The notes below the pieces were generated by a model that was not told the origin of the DNA, made no database searches, and saw nothing but the letters and a program-made list of their open reading frames with translations. This document shows, one piece after another, positions 62,037 to 64,000 of a stretch of DNA of 64,000 bases (the first letter of the stretch is position 1; each line of letters starts with the position of its first letter). Made by a program: the position numbers and the translations under genes. The stretch comes from Eledone cirrhosa (taxonomy: Eukaryota): the NCBI GenBank assembly GCA_964016885.1, contig OZ024748.1:29574001-29638000 (forward strand), written 5' to 3'.

Positions 62037-64000
62037 CCCATGCTAGCGTGGAAGAACGGACGTAAAACGGTGATGATGATGATGATATATATATATTAAA
62101 ATAACAGATTAAAGTTTAAGCGAAGAATCGCTGCATTCACCCTTAACGGGATCTTCTGAAACTAAGAAAAATCAATCTGTGAACGCAGACATAAATATTT
62201 CGAAAAACGTTACACACTATATATATATATATATACACACACTATATATACATAAATACACACACACACAGATAGTGTCATAATGTCGTAATGCAGACAG
62301 CATTACCCTTGTGTCTTTTAAAAATCATTATCAAAAGTTTGTTGTATCTCAGCAGCCGCCACCACCATCATCGTTTTTACATCATCTTTTCTAAATCGGC
62401 ATATATATTTACATATTAATATGTGTGTATGAATGCATATATGTATGATTGTATGTATGTACACACACACACAATCTACTTACAGATAAAAATACAATCA
62501 TATAACAGCAGCATACAAGGAAACAATATTCTGAATAGTTTTAAAAAAATCAAATCAAATCAAAATATTTAGATAACTGTACATACATACTCTTATATCT
62601 TTCTATACACCCACATAGACACAGCTGTGTTTATCAACCCCAACTTCGGGTTGATATGAACAGCTGACAAATGAATTTGACTGAAAACCCAACTGATTTT
62701 TACAGACCTCACCTTCACTGCCCCACTCTACAATATTTACAGATCAATAGGACTGATTTTTGATAGGATTCATATTGATTGATAATTTAATCAAAGTAAT
62801 GAAATAATGATTTCTTAAACATGCATAAAATTCCTGAGTTATGTGAGTGCAGATGTGTGTATGCTACTGCTTCTCTCAATGGAAAGAAATCGAGCTGATT
62901 ATCAGATCCAACCAAGGAAACTATGTTTCCAATTCCTGGCAGAAGAAACGAATTGATCGTCAAATCATACCAAGGTAACAATGTTTCCATGGCTGATACT
63001 ATCTGCCAGTTGCAACTTCCAGCAGAAAATATCAGATTTGAACTCAGAACCTGATCAGATACTGCAAAGCATCCATTCTGACTCTTTAACAATTCTACCA
63101 CACCATAGTCTCTAGCCTGGCCTAGACTGGTACTTTATTTATCATTCCTGAAATGGCAAAGTTGACCTTGGCAGGATTTGAACTCACAACACAGTGAGCC
63201 CGAATGAATACCAAGGTATTTAATCTGACACCTTAATGACTCTGTCAATTTGCCACCAATAAAAGAAAGAAAATAATAGCTCACACCTACACATGTTTTT
63301 GCTGATTTCCTAGGAAGTTTATTGGGGCTATCCTGTCATCTCATGACATAACTTTTTTCACTGGCTTGAGGTGGGATTTGAACTCTATGAAACAAAACAA
63401 CTCCTTTTAAATGATTCCTATTTAAATTAAAATCTTCCAATGTAATTTTATATGAAAGCCATATGTTAAATTACTATTTTAAGCAATGACATAATAGATA
63501 ATTTTATTAATTTATCATTAATTAATTGAAATAAAATGTGCAGAGTTGGAACAGATACTGTGAGGTATCCTATCTGATATTCTAACAATTATGCCAATCC
63601 ATTACCATGGATGGATTGGTATTTTATTGTTTCTGAAAGAATGAAAGACAAAGTTGACCTTGGTGAGATTTGAACTCAGAACACACAGAGCTAGAATAAC
63701 TACCACAAGGCATGCAACAAAATTACGTAGATATGTAAAGAAAAGAAAATGGTTTTTTTTTCATGAAGGAAAAAAAAAAGTGTTCTTTCAATCCTCCACA
63801 CCTTTACAATTGTCAAATGTATGCTGTTTACTATTGTAGGCCTTTAGTTTTTTTAGTGCATAGAATCATATGAATATGTTTTATATTATATGTTTTTGTG
63901 TATTTATATCATTTCTCCACACCTTCACAAACATTTTAATTTTCCCTTCACTATTTATTTACACACATATCTAGAAATCATCATCATCATCATCATTTTA

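Overview
Eukaryotic, AT-rich, repeat-dense animal DNA, most likely an octopus (inferred from the SINE/RTE repertoire and (TA)n/(ATC)n load; not proven). I reconstructed two intact spliced genes on the minus strand by hand, with GT-AG introns and consistent phases. One is methionine synthase reductase (MTRR; 13 coding exons, 60003->35534, 749 aa). The other, downstream, is a signal-peptide protein with a PA domain and a bacterial PNGase F-type amidase domain (11 coding exons, 28635->16295, 688 aa). The rest is decayed RTE LINEs, CR1/L2-group LINEs, RLE-type retroelement fragments, two tRNA-derived SINE families, TTAA-flanked piggyBac-type MITEs and TA microsatellites, which explain the long YI-repeat ORFs. 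The most interesting unannotated signal is a set of minimal type I hammerhead ribozyme motifs. Two sit in tandem 527 nt apart in a microsatellite-embedded, apparently non-coding unit (9451-10231), a retrozyme or Penelope pLTR-like candidate source of circular RNA. One lies between the two genes near a Penelope-type RT fragment. One, with a core substitution, lies at the centre of a 320-bp palindrome in an MTRR intron. All structures were read by eye; none was folded computationally or tested.
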